Positions 1 through 9,600 of a stretch of DNA of 64,000 nucleotides are shown here, piece by piece; within the stretch, counting starts at the first letter, position 1; each line of letters starts with the position of its first letter. A model generated the notes under the pieces. That model was not told the DNA's origin and searched no databases. It worked only from the letters and a program-made list of their open reading frames with translations. The position numbers and the translations under genes were made by a program. Source of the DNA: a virus (Duplodnaviria > Caudoviricetes). The DNA is taken from the IMG/VR virus record IMGVR_UViG_3300010149_000008. One strand, 5' to 3'.

Positions 1-411
1 AAACAAGCTGATGAGCTTACTGAGCTCGAGCGTATTTTTGATGAAAGAAAAGAACATTTTAATCTAGCATCGCCTAGAAGGATCTTTGTTTGTCCACCAG
101 ACGCGCCAAAAGAAGTTCAAAACGAAACTTTTGAAGGTAATTTACATCACATAAAAACAGCAGACTTTTTGCTTGTTAACACAAGAGACAAAGACATTGG
201 AACAATTTGGGAAGCTGGATATGCATATGCATATGACAAGCCAATTATTTATTTTTGCGCAGGATTACCAGAAGGAGCAAAATTTAATTTAATGCTAGCT
301 AGAAGTGGTATTAAAGTTTGCACGTCTTTTGATGAATTAGAAGACTATCTGGATAGAACAATTAAAATACGTTCATTTATAAATGAGCCATACTCAGCTT
401 CAATCGAGTAA
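1..411 (+). CDS. Nucleoside 2-deoxyribosyltransferase-like / nucleotide N-glycosidase (5'-truncated by the window edge)
   Basis: Frame 1 is open from base 1 (KQADELTELERIF...). Contains the family motif D-IGTIWEAGYAYAYDKPII (DxGTxxExGxAxAxxKP). Confidence 0.8.
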   Translation, partial: KQADELTELERIFDERKEHFNLASPRRIFVCPPDAPKEVQNETFEGNLHHIKTADFLLVNTRDKDIGTIWEAGYAYAYDKPIIYFCAGLPEGAKFNLMLARSGIKVCTSFDELEDYLDRTIKIRSFINEPYSASIE

Positions 412-413
412 GC

Positions 414-707
414 ATGAACAATAAAAACTTTAAGCAAGATAAGTTTTGGTCTCTAAAAGACACAACAAACTATTTTTCTGCAAACATTAACAAGTTATTA
501 TTTAAACCTGATGTTGTAAGGTTGTTTTATTTTAAAAACTCTTATTTACTTAAAGTCAGACTTCGTAGACTTAACAATCAAGAAGTCTTTGTTTCTCCTA
601 CAAGCTTTATGTCACAATTTTTTCCGCATGGCTTTTACCAGTGTGTCTATCAAAACAAAAAATACACGTTTACAGATGATGACATTATAGAAGTAATAGA
701 TGTTTAA
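414..707 (+). CDS. Hypothetical protein
   Basis: 97-aa ORF packed between neighbours; no recognisable motif. Confidence 0.6.
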   Translation: MNNKNFKQDKFWSLKDTTNYFSANINKLLFKPDVVRLFYFKNSYLLKVRLRRLNNQEVFVSPTSFMSQFFPHGFYQCVYQNKKYTFTDDDIIEVIDV

Positions 708-930
708 TATGAGTACTAGATATATTATATGTTCAGACAAAAATATCACAATCTATGGTGATGTATTCGAAGAAAAAAATGTTTATTTTAAACATAACAA
801 TTTAGAAAATTTTTCTATTCTTTCGGAAAATAAAAATTCTTTCTTAGAAGTCATCGTTGACAGTAAGCAGCTTAAAAATATTTGTGAGTTATACATTGAA
901 TACTTAGAAAAAAATAATAAGCTTGCCTGA
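700..930 (+). CDS. Hypothetical protein
   Basis: 76-aa ORF overlapping both neighbours. Confidence 0.6.
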   Translation: MFNMSTRYIICSDKNITIYGDVFEEKNVYFKHNNLENFSILSENKNSFLEVIVDSKQLKNICELYIEYLEKNNKLA

Positions 931-1130
931 TGTCTGACAATGAAGCTGAGTTAAAAATAGGGGACTTAATTGAATTTAACTATTTATTTTCTAATGAAAA
1001 AAACAAAATCGGTATTGTGCTTGAAATTAAAAAAGATTTAAATTTTTGCTATATGATAACAATTTTAAGTAACAATCTTTTAGAAAAAATACCTTGGGGT
1101 ATTTTAGAAAGTAAAGTTCATAAATTATGA
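930..1130 (+). CDS. Small KOW/SH3-like beta-barrel protein
   Basis: LKIGDLIEF...KIGIVLEI pattern shared with other small ORFs in the window. Confidence 0.55.
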   Translation: MSDNEAELKIGDLIEFNYLFSNEKNKIGIVLEIKKDLNFCYMITILSNNLLEKIPWGILESKVHKL

Positions 1131-1411
1131 AAAAAATAAAAAAATACAGTGTTTATAAAAGTGGTTTAAGAATTGGCGACTTAGTAACTTATGATGCTTT
1201 TTTATTTACTAATAAAAGAACACACGGCTACAAAAAAACTTCTTTAGTTTTAAATAGAAAACTTTTGTTTAAACAAGATACAAGTTATGGTATTAAATCA
1301 TTTTACGAATACGAAATGATGGATTTTACTAAAAATAATAAACATAATTTAAATACAATTAAAACACAAAACATGTCAATAAAAAGTGTTAATACAGCAA
1401 ATAAAAGGTAA
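1127..1411 (+). CDS. Small hypothetical protein (xxGDLV motif)
   Basis: LRIGDLVTY motif; ATGA-type overlap with the upstream gene. Confidence 0.55.
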   Translation: MKKIKKYSVYKSGLRIGDLVTYDAFLFTNKRTHGYKKTSLVLNRKLLFKQDTSYGIKSFYEYEMMDFTKNNKHNLNTIKTQNMSIKSVNTANKR

Positions 1412-1413
1412 AA

Positions 1414-2403
1414 ATGAGAATAGCAATTACTGGAGAAAAAGGATTTATTGCAAGAAATCTTGCAGTTGAAATTAGTAAAAACAATCATGAATTTATTTCT
1501 TTAGACAACTCGTCTTATGCAAATGAGTTTATGAACTATACAAAGTCTGAAGAAGTTTGTGTACATAGTAATACTGTTGATAAGTGGGTTGAATTATTTG
1601 ATGAGTTAGAGTTAGATGTTATAGTTCACAACGCTGCTGTAGTTGGAACTGATGTTGTAGCTCTTAATCCTAAAGATGCTGTACTGACAAATGTGTTAGG
1701 CACTAAAATAATTACAGAGGCAGCAAACATTTCAGGTCAAACAATAGTATATACTGGCACAACAGTAATTTATGATACTTTTGAGTATCAAGACAAAGAG
1801 TTGTCTGAAGAAAGTAAAGTTTTTCCTAGGACTGATTATGCAATACAAAAGTATGCTGGAGAAATGATTGTACGAAACAATGCAAAAGAGTGGCTAGTTA
1901 CTAGGCCTTTGTTTGCTTACGGTGGTGAAGGTGATATGAACTCACTTATAGCAAAATCTTTGTTTGCTATTAAAAACAACATAAAAAACGTTGACATGTT
2001 TCTTAATCCTGAAAAGATTAAAGATTATATGCACGTAGAAGACTTTTGTTATAGCGTAATACAGCTTATTAATTCAAAAATTAGAAATATGGATTTTAAT
2101 ATTACAGCAGCAAACCCACACTCAACGCTAGAGATTGTTAATATGATTGAAGAAGTAACAGGAAAAAGCTTAACTGATTATATTAAGTGGCATCCGGAAA
2201 CTGACTATCTTGGAAATCATAGGTTAAGTAACAACAAGTTTCAAGAATTTATGGGATTTACAAAGACTAGACTTTTAAAAAGTGGTATTAGTCAATCATG
2301 GGAATCAATTCAAAATTCAGAAAGTAATTATAATCCTCTTAAACATCTAAAGCAAGCAAAAGAAGAAAGTGTTGACTTAAAAGAATTTTTTCCTATGTTT
2401 TAA
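1414..2403 (+). CDS. NAD-dependent epimerase/dehydratase (extended SDR, NDP-sugar modifying)
   Basis: Rossmann start ITGEKGFIA, HNAA, catalytic YxxxK (YAIQK), RPLFAYG, DYMHVED. Confidence 0.9.
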   Translation: MRIAITGEKGFIARNLAVEISKNNHEFISLDNSSYANEFMNYTKSEEVCVHSNTVDKWVELFDELELDVIVHNAAVVGTDVVALNPKDAVLTNVLGTKIITEAANISGQTIVYTGTTVIYDTFEYQDKELSEESKVFPRTDYAIQKYAGEMIVRNNAKEWLVTRPLFAYGGEGDMNSLIAKSLFAIKNNIKNVDMFLNPEKIKDYMHVEDFCYSVIQLINSKIRNMDFNITAANPHSTLEIVNMIEEVTGKSLTDYIKWHPETDYLGNHRLSNNKFQEFMGFTKTRLLKSGISQSWESIQNSESNYNPLKHLKQAKEESVDLKEFFPMF

Positions 2404-2458
2404 ATTATTTGAACAAATAACCATAAGTAGCATCATAATTAAAAACAGGAGATTACTT

Positions 2459-3238
2459 ATGGCTAGAAAAACAAATAAAATAGAATTGACATGCAAAAAT
2501 TGTGGTAATAATTACCATTTGCCACCTTCTAAAGCAGGAAGGTCAAAGTTTTGCAGCAGATCTTGCAAAGATGAGAGCTCAACTATACATAACACAAAAG
2601 CTAATTGTTTATGTTGTAAAAAAGAATTTGTTGTAAAAAAAGGAAAGAAATATTGTTCTAGAGACTGTTACATTAAAGTTAACAAAAAGCCTAGAATTGA
2701 TTTAAGCTGTGACTTTTGTGGTAAAAATTATCAAAAGCCAATTGGTGAAGCAACAAAATATTGTTCAAAAACATGTCAATACACAGCACAAAGCAGTGGA
2801 TTTCATGAAATACCTTCTAACGGAAGGATGGGATTTAGATATGACTTACCTAACAACTATTTTTTTAAATCATCACTAGAGGCTGATTATGCTAGGTGGT
2901 GTGAAGCAACAAAAAAACCTTATGTATATGAACATAAAACGTTTACTGTTAAGTATGAAGGAAGAGATAAACAATATACACCAGACTTCTACCATCCAGA
3001 CGAAGATAGATATGTAGAACTAAAAGCAATTAGAAGAGATAGAAAATTTAACTCAAATCTTCTTGCAGCTGATTTATTAAAAGAAAATGGTCTAAACATA
3101 GATGTTCTTTTAATGCACGAATTTTATACTCAGATAAAACAAAGTGGTCACTACTGGTTAGTTGATAACATAGAAAACAAAAACTACTTAGGAACAAAAC
3201 ACTTGATATATTTAAAAAAGAAACAACAGAATGTATGA
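2459..3238 (+). CDS. Zinc-ribbon repeat + PD-(D/E)XK endonuclease (homing-endonuclease-like)
   Basis: Three CxxC...(F/Y)CSxxC units, then FKSSLEADYARW, YEHKTF, YTPDFY...YVELK. Confidence 0.75.
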   Translation: MARKTNKIELTCKNCGNNYHLPPSKAGRSKFCSRSCKDESSTIHNTKANCLCCKKEFVVKKGKKYCSRDCYIKVNKKPRIDLSCDFCGKNYQKPIGEATKYCSKTCQYTAQSSGFHEIPSNGRMGFRYDLPNNYFFKSSLEADYARWCEATKKPYVYEHKTFTVKYEGRDKQYTPDFYHPDEDRYVELKAIRRDRKFNSNLLAADLLKENGLNIDVLLMHEFYTQIKQSGHYWLVDNIENKNYLGTKHLIYLKKKQQNV

Positions 3239-3449
3239 GAAAGCAAAGTTAGTATTAAATAAAAATTGCATTGGAGAACTTTACAATTTAAGGTTTAGTT
3301 ACAGTAATTATAAGTTTAAGCTTGAAGCAACTGCTTGTTTGCTTTTAAAAATAAAAAATAGCAAAGTTACTTTTTTAACTGAAGGTAAAATATCCATGTT
3401 TGATTTATATGACAAGGACATTGTGTTATATGCAAAAAAAACTTCGTAA
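3231..3449 (+). CDS. Hypothetical protein
   Basis: 72-aa ORF overlapping neighbours. Confidence 0.5.
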   Translation: MYEKAKLVLNKNCIGELYNLRFSYSNYKFKLEATACLLLKIKNSKVTFLTEGKISMFDLYDKDIVLYAKKTS

Positions 3450-4629
3450 TGAAAAAGGCTTTGCTTCTGCTGTCACATTGTTATTAGCAGCTGTACTAGC
3501 AGTCTTATCATATAAGATTATAATGATAGCAAGAATTGCTATTAATGTAGCAAAAGAAAAGCAATCGCTTGATGCATGTGCAATGTATGCAGGATTAAAT
3601 ATTTTAAAGACTAATGACACTGAAAATATATGTCATGCAAGATTTTTTGATGAATGTGTTAGTCACCTTGAAATAGTTAACATTAACGGTCAAATGCAAT
3701 GTATAGATGAAGGATTAGTTTGCAATAATTTAAACGAATGTAAAAGAGTAATAAAAGTTTCTTCTACATATAATCCAGGAATACGAAACGTTACAAAGTC
3801 TGTCGATGTTCATATAAATGAAGAAGAGCATAACGTTGACTTAATTGATGCTGCAGTAATACTTTTGCTAGACTACAGCGGCTCAATGAGCGGTAATAGA
3901 ATACAACAGTTAAAAAACACAGTTAATCAATTTATAAGTTCGAACTTTAATCTAAGTTACTCTGTTATTCTTTATAATAGCGATATTATATCATCAACAG
4001 AAATTGGTAAAAGTATTCAACACGATAATACAGCAGCGTCAATTGTCAACAATAATAATCCAAATGGAGGTACTAATTTCATAAAGCCTTTAAATAAAGC
4101 TTTGCAACAAATATCAAGCACTAATTATGAAGCGTATTATATACTCTTAATATCAGATGGCTCTCCAAACGAAGGTATAAATTCATCTCAGTCTCTTGTC
4201 CAAAACAATATAATGAATATTAGTGATGAAAATTGTATTTATACAACTAATTCTAACCCTTGCACTACGATTTACACCCTTGGTGTAGACAATGCGAATA
4301 CTGAAGCACTTCGCTCTATAAGTGGGAACACACTTAGCTCAGCTTCTAACGATTTTTCTTTTGTTGTTAACGCAAATCAAGTAACTGCAGCATTTAATGC
4401 TATTATAAAAGAAATAATGTGCAGGATTGGACCGGTTATTGGAGGAGAAGGACTAAATGTTTTTAACAATCTAGAAATATTAGAAAAAGATATTGACTAT
4501 TTATATGATAGTGTATACAAGATTATAAAGTTTTATGACGTAGAACCTTTTAATATCTGTACTGAAATGTTAGGTAACAATGCAAATATAACTTTAAGAT
4601 GGGGAAAGCCAAAGTTATATGTTGAATAG
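3430..4629 (+). CDS. TadG/pseudopilin-like N-terminus + von Willebrand A domain protein
   Basis: Likely start is the in-frame ATG at 3430: MQKKLRNEKG|FASAVTLLL prepilin-like leader, TM helix, KQSLDACAMYAG (cf. Tad LQxAxDAAALAGA). VWA MIDAS DYSGSM, GGTN, LISDG. Confidence 0.75.
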   Translation: MQKKLRNEKGFASAVTLLLAAVLAVLSYKIIMIARIAINVAKEKQSLDACAMYAGLNILKTNDTENICHARFFDECVSHLEIVNINGQMQCIDEGLVCNNLNECKRVIKVSSTYNPGIRNVTKSVDVHINEEEHNVDLIDAAVILLLDYSGSMSGNRIQQLKNTVNQFISSNFNLSYSVILYNSDIISSTEIGKSIQHDNTAASIVNNNNPNGGTNFIKPLNKALQQISSTNYEAYYILLISDGSPNEGINSSQSLVQNNIMNISDENCIYTTNSNPCTTIYTLGVDNANTEALRSISGNTLSSASNDFSFVVNANQVTAAFNAIIKEIMCRIGPVIGGEGLNVFNNLEILEKDIDYLYDSVYKIIKFYDVEPFNICTEMLGNNANITLRWGKPKLYVE

Positions 4630-4849
4630 TCATAAAGAAGAAATAAGATTTGTTTCTCAACTAAACAAAGGTGACATGATCGATATTTTTTATTACGGAA
4701 AAAAAATAAAAAACAATTGTTTAGTTGTAGAAATTATACAAGATCACTATTTTACAAAAGGTTTAATCGTCTATTTAAATGGAACATCTAAAGAAACAAT
4801 AGACTTGGAAAACAATGAAGGTCTTTGGGTTAAGAAAGCATCAATTTAA
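4619..4849 (+). CDS. Small KOW/SH3-like protein
   Basis: LNKGDMIDIF...CLVVEI; 3' end overlaps the convergent gene by 20 nt. Confidence 0.5.
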   Translation: MLNSHKEEIRFVSQLNKGDMIDIFYYGKKIKNNCLVVEIIQDHYFTKGLIVYLNGTSKETIDLENNEGLWVKKASI

Positions 4850-6488
4850 TATACTCTACTAAGCCTGATTTGTTTTCAAAAAGATAAACATGATCTCTAA
4901 AATAAGACTTACCGCGGTGATCCTGTTTTGAATATATTGTCTTAAGAATTTCTTTTATTTGACTATACTCTTTTTGATCTTTATATTTTGAGAAGTCAAA
5001 TTGTTGTAATATACACTGAAGTATTGAACTGTGAGAATTCGCAGAAATAACGTTAATTTCCCCTTGCAGATACAAAGTTTTCATTTTAGAAAGAACTGTA
5101 AGTATTTTTACTACATCGTTTAAATTTAATGACTCGTGTTTGTATATTTCAATGGCCTCGCTCCCCCAGATCATATCTTCTAATCCTTTAGACACGTTGT
5201 TGGAAAGTATTAGTTCGTCAATATACTGACTATCTTCTGTAGGGTTTTCTATAAAGTAATCTATCATTTCATCTTTAAAATTAGGCCCTATTAGATTAAA
5301 GTTTTTGTGTTCAACACAAAAAGCAATTAATATACAGAAAAAATCGTTTATATACTCTTTATTTTTATACATTTTACTTAATTCATCAATCGCGACATTA
5401 AAATCAGATTTATTAAGTATGTCATTTCTTTCAAGAAAACTAAAAGGAAGCGGAGCATCATCATATATTAAATCATTGTAAACTAGTTCTTCTTTATAAC
5501 TTCTCATTATATGCTCAACTACTTTTTTGTCATTTGTGTATTTTAAATAGCTTGACATTTCTTGATTTATTGTGTCGTCTCCAAGTCCTTGTGCATTCAT
5601 TTGTTTTTCTATTCTTAAGATTTGGCTTAAGGTAGCTTTTGAATACATCTCAGCAAATGACGTTTCTTTTCTGGTACTTACTCTATTTACAATCAAGTCT
5701 AATATGTCTTTGTTAACTATATCGTTTATTGTTGTTGAGTCTATAGATTGATTTTTAGCATCAACTGTCGATCCACCTTTTTCTTCTAATATGGCTTCAC
5801 CTTCATACACAGTATATGACAAACAAAGTCTTCTATTCACAGACTTGTCATTATCATAGTCTGTTCTTATAACATAAAACATGTGCAAATTACCTGCGTA
5901 ATTTGGAAACATGTTATTCCCTGTAGAGACTCCAGTGCACCAACCACTTCTTCTTTTCGGGTCAGTCTCTTCCGAACCGTCAGGTTTTCCATGTGTCCAT
6001 GCTATTGAACCCTGTATTGTTTTAGGTTCAATCACAATCCAGTCACGACCACTATACACAACGTCAAAGTCTTGATAACTCCCAATTATAGGCTTACCAC
6101 TCTGATATCTGCATTGTTGCCTAACTTCATTTTTATTAAAACTGGACTTAGCATCTATTTGTTTTCTAAGTTCATCAATAGAAATATTGCCACTACCTAT
6201 TTGATCTTTAATCTTTGGCCCTACTGATTGATAGATTTTTTTATAATGAAGCTTGCAAACATCTAATATTTCTTTAACGGGCTCTTGAGTTGTATTTATT
6301 TCATTTTGAATGACTTGTGTATATTTTGTGATAAATCTATTACTATTCCAAAATTCTATAAAATACTTAATTTCCCTTTCAGATCTTTCTTTTTTCTGTA
6401 ATGTTTGAATTAATTCATCTCGAGAAATTATCTTGTGCTCGTTAAGAAGAAAAGTCTTCCATTCATTTAATAACTGTGTAGTTTTCAC
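4830..6488 (-). CDS. Hypothetical phage protein with LxE leader and W-x-V...P-x-T...WCT domain
   Basis: 552 aa, GTG start. N-term LLNEWKTFLLNE; WIVIEPKT..GS...GWCTG...F..Y..LHMFYVI resembles a widespread large-phage (PcfJ-related) domain. Confidence 0.6.
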   Translation of the reverse strand: MKTTQLLNEWKTFLLNEHKIISRDELIQTLQKKERSEREIKYFIEFWNSNRFITKYTQVIQNEINTTQEPVKEILDVCKLHYKKIYQSVGPKIKDQIGSGNISIDELRKQIDAKSSFNKNEVRQQCRYQSGKPIIGSYQDFDVVYSGRDWIVIEPKTIQGSIAWTHGKPDGSEETDPKRRSGWCTGVSTGNNMFPNYAGNLHMFYVIRTDYDNDKSVNRRLCLSYTVYEGEAILEEKGGSTVDAKNQSIDSTTINDIVNKDILDLIVNRVSTRKETSFAEMYSKATLSQILRIEKQMNAQGLGDDTINQEMSSYLKYTNDKKVVEHIMRSYKEELVYNDLIYDDAPLPFSFLERNDILNKSDFNVAIDELSKMYKNKEYINDFFCILIAFCVEHKNFNLIGPNFKDEMIDYFIENPTEDSQYIDELILSNNVSKGLEDMIWGSEAIEIYKHESLNLNDVVKILTVLSKMKTLYLQGEINVISANSHSSILQCILQQFDFSKYKDQKEYSQIKEILKTIYSKQDHRGKSYFRDHVYLFENKSGLVEYIKLMLS

Positions 6489-6552
6489 TTAAAACCCTTT
6501 TTATATCTTTTCTATTTAGCATGCTTATTTATGATCCTTAGTAATATTAATA

Positions 6553-6582
6553 CGTGTAAATTAAATATTAATTAATTATAAT
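6553..6582 (+). promoter_or_regulatory. Putative promoter (C)GTGTAA-N17-TATAAT upstream of dnaE
   Basis: GTGTAA 6554-6559, TATAAT 6577-6582; same pattern recurs at several other intergenic sites. Confidence 0.6.
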
Positions 6583-6608
6583 AAATAAAAACAAGAAAGG
6601 TATATAAT

Positions 6609-9600
6609 TTGTCTATTGATTTAATAACACCACCAAATAGATTTGTATCGCTTCATTCACACTCAACTTTTAGTACTTTTGATGGTCTAGGATATCCAGC
6701 AGATCACATTGATTTTGTTCTTTCTGAATCACAAGGAATGGATGCTTGGGCACTAACAGATCATGGTAATGGTAATGGTCTTGCACATGCTCATTCGCAT
6801 GCTGTTAAAATGCAAAAAGCAGGCAGAAAGTTTAGACAAATATACGGAGTAGAATTCTATTTTGTTCCTTCACTAGATCAGTGGACTAGCGACTATGCAG
6901 ATCACAAGCAATCAATTAAAGATGCAAAAACAGCTGCTGCAGCTGAAAAGAAGAGTAAAGAAAAAATCATTATTGATGCTGATGATGAGAGTGGTGGTCT
7001 TGTCATAGAGGATGAAGATGAATCTAAAAAGATTGATATACTTAAAGATGAGTGGAAGCGACGTTATCACTTAGTAGTTACAGCAAGAAATAGAAAGGGT
7101 CTTAATAATCTATTTACCCTTGTAAAAAAATCATACAAAGACGGCTTTTATAGATACCCGCGCATTGACTTTAAAATGCTTAAAGAGCACGGCGAAGGTT
7201 TACATGTCAATACAGCATGCTTAGGAGGCATATACAGTAATAGAATACTTCGTGGTGTAGCTCATGACAAATCACGTGATGAAATCCAAAAAGACCTGCA
7301 AAACTTATCAGATAGATTTACAGATGCTGTTGGTATTGAAAACTTTAAGTTAGAGCTACAATTTAACAAACTTAATAAGCAACACGTTGTTAATGACTAT
7401 CTTATTGAGCATCATAAGCTAACGGGTATTCCACTTATATCAACAGCAGACTCTCATTACCCGAGCAATGACAAATGGCAAGCAAGAGAGTTATATAAAA
7501 AGCTTGGATGGTTAGGCAAGAAAGATGGTCTAACGCTTCCAGCATTTGAAGATCTTAAGTGTGAGTTGTATCCAAAAAACGCTCAGCAGATGTGGGATGA
7601 GTTTCTTGAAGGTTACAAAGAACACGATTTTTATAAAGGTAACGAGCAGCTAGTTAAAGAGTCAATAGAAAGAACACATGACATTGTCTGGAATGATTTT
7701 GAAGATACTTGGATAGATGTAAGTGCAAAGCTTCCAACAATATCAATTCCTAACAAAACACCTTTTAAACACCTATCAGACTTAGTCAAGAACGCTTTAA
7801 TCAGCGAAGGTTTACATACTAACAAAGAATATGTAGATAGAGCTAAATATGAATTGTCTGATATTAAGTATTTAGGACATGAAGCTTATTTCATTACAAT
7901 GTATGAAATCTTTAAAAAGGCTGAAACGAAGACATTATTTGGTCCTGCTCGAGGAAGTGGTGGAGGTTCTTTGGTTAACTATCTATTAGGCATTACTCAG
8001 CTTGACCCTATTCCTTATAACTTACTTTGGAGCAGATTCTTAGGTAGGCATCGTGTTTCTTGGCCAGACATAGACACAGATGCTGGTGATCGCGATGAAC
8101 TCATCAATGCAGCTAAAGAGCTATACGGTGATGATGCTGTTATTCCAGTATCAAACTTCAACACACTTAAGCTTAAGTCGCTAGTAAAAGATATTGCAAA
8201 GTTTTATGATATTCCATTTGACGAAGTAAATAAGGTAACTGGCCCTCTTCAAGATCAAGTAATGCAAAAAGCAATGGACAAGAATCAAGAAAAGTCTGTG
8301 TTCGTTCTTAAGCATGAAGATTGCATGAAACACTCTCCTGAGTATAATTCGTTTATGACAGAATACCCAGAAGTTGCTGAGCATGTTGAAACTTTATTTA
8401 TGCAGAATAGAGCTATTGGTAGACATGCAGGAGGCGTAATAATAGCAGATGCTGATTCACTAGCTGAATCTATGCCTATTGTTGGTGTTCGTGGTGAACT
8501 ACAAACTCCGTGGACAGAAGGTATGAACTTTAGAAATCTTGAAGATAACGGATTTTTAAAGTTTGACTTTTTAGGTTTAACACTGCTCAAGGACGTAGAA
8601 AACTGTATATATAGAATTCTTAAAAAACAAGGAAATCCTAACCCAACATTCTCAGATGCTCGAGCATTTTTTGATAAGTATTTAAATTGTAGGTTTGTAA
8701 AACAGGATGATAAAAAAGTTTGGGAACATGTATATAAGGACGGTCACTTTTGCGGTGTTTTCCAATTTACAGCTGTAGGTGCAAGAAACTTTGCAAAAGA
8801 GGCAGAGCCTGATTCAATTGAGGAACTAGCAGCATTAACTGCAATTTACCGTCCGGGACCTCTTAAAGCAAATGTACATAAGAAATATGTTAAAGCAAAG
8901 AGAAACGTAGGTGATATAAAATATGAGCATCCTATTATTGAAAAGATACTTGGCCCAACATTTAACTATGTAGTGTTTCAAGAGCAGTTTATGCTTTTAG
9001 CACAAGAGCTAAGCGGATTTGATCCTGGCGAAGCTGACAAGCTTAGAAAGACTTTGGTAAAGAAGTCTTTAGATACTCTACATTCTAAAGGCTCAGAAAA
9101 GGCAATTGCTAGAGATAAGTTTATTAAAGGTGCTAAAGAGCTAAACGATGTTCCAGAATCAGTATCATCTAAGTTATGGGCAGACATAGAAAATTTTGCT
9201 GTTTACGGCTTTAACAAATCCCATGCTATTGCATATGCTATCGGGTCATATTATGCTGCTTGGTTGCATACTCATTATGAGACTGAGTGGCTTGCTGCGA
9301 TATTGCAATCTGAAAATGGTAATCCTAAAGGCATGTCAAAAGCAATTTCAGAGATTAAATCTTTTGGTTACGAGATTGCTGCAATCGATATAAATCACTC
9401 AGGTCTAGAATGGGAATATTCTGATGTGTTGAAAGCCTTTGTGCCGCCTTTGACTTCTCTTAAAGGAGTAGGAGACAAAGCTGTTGAAGAAGTATTTGCA
9501 AATAGACCATACAAAAATTTAAATAATTTATTTTATGATACAGAAGGTGCATGGAAACATTCAAAGCTAAACAAAACAGCTTTTTCATCGCTAGCGAAGA

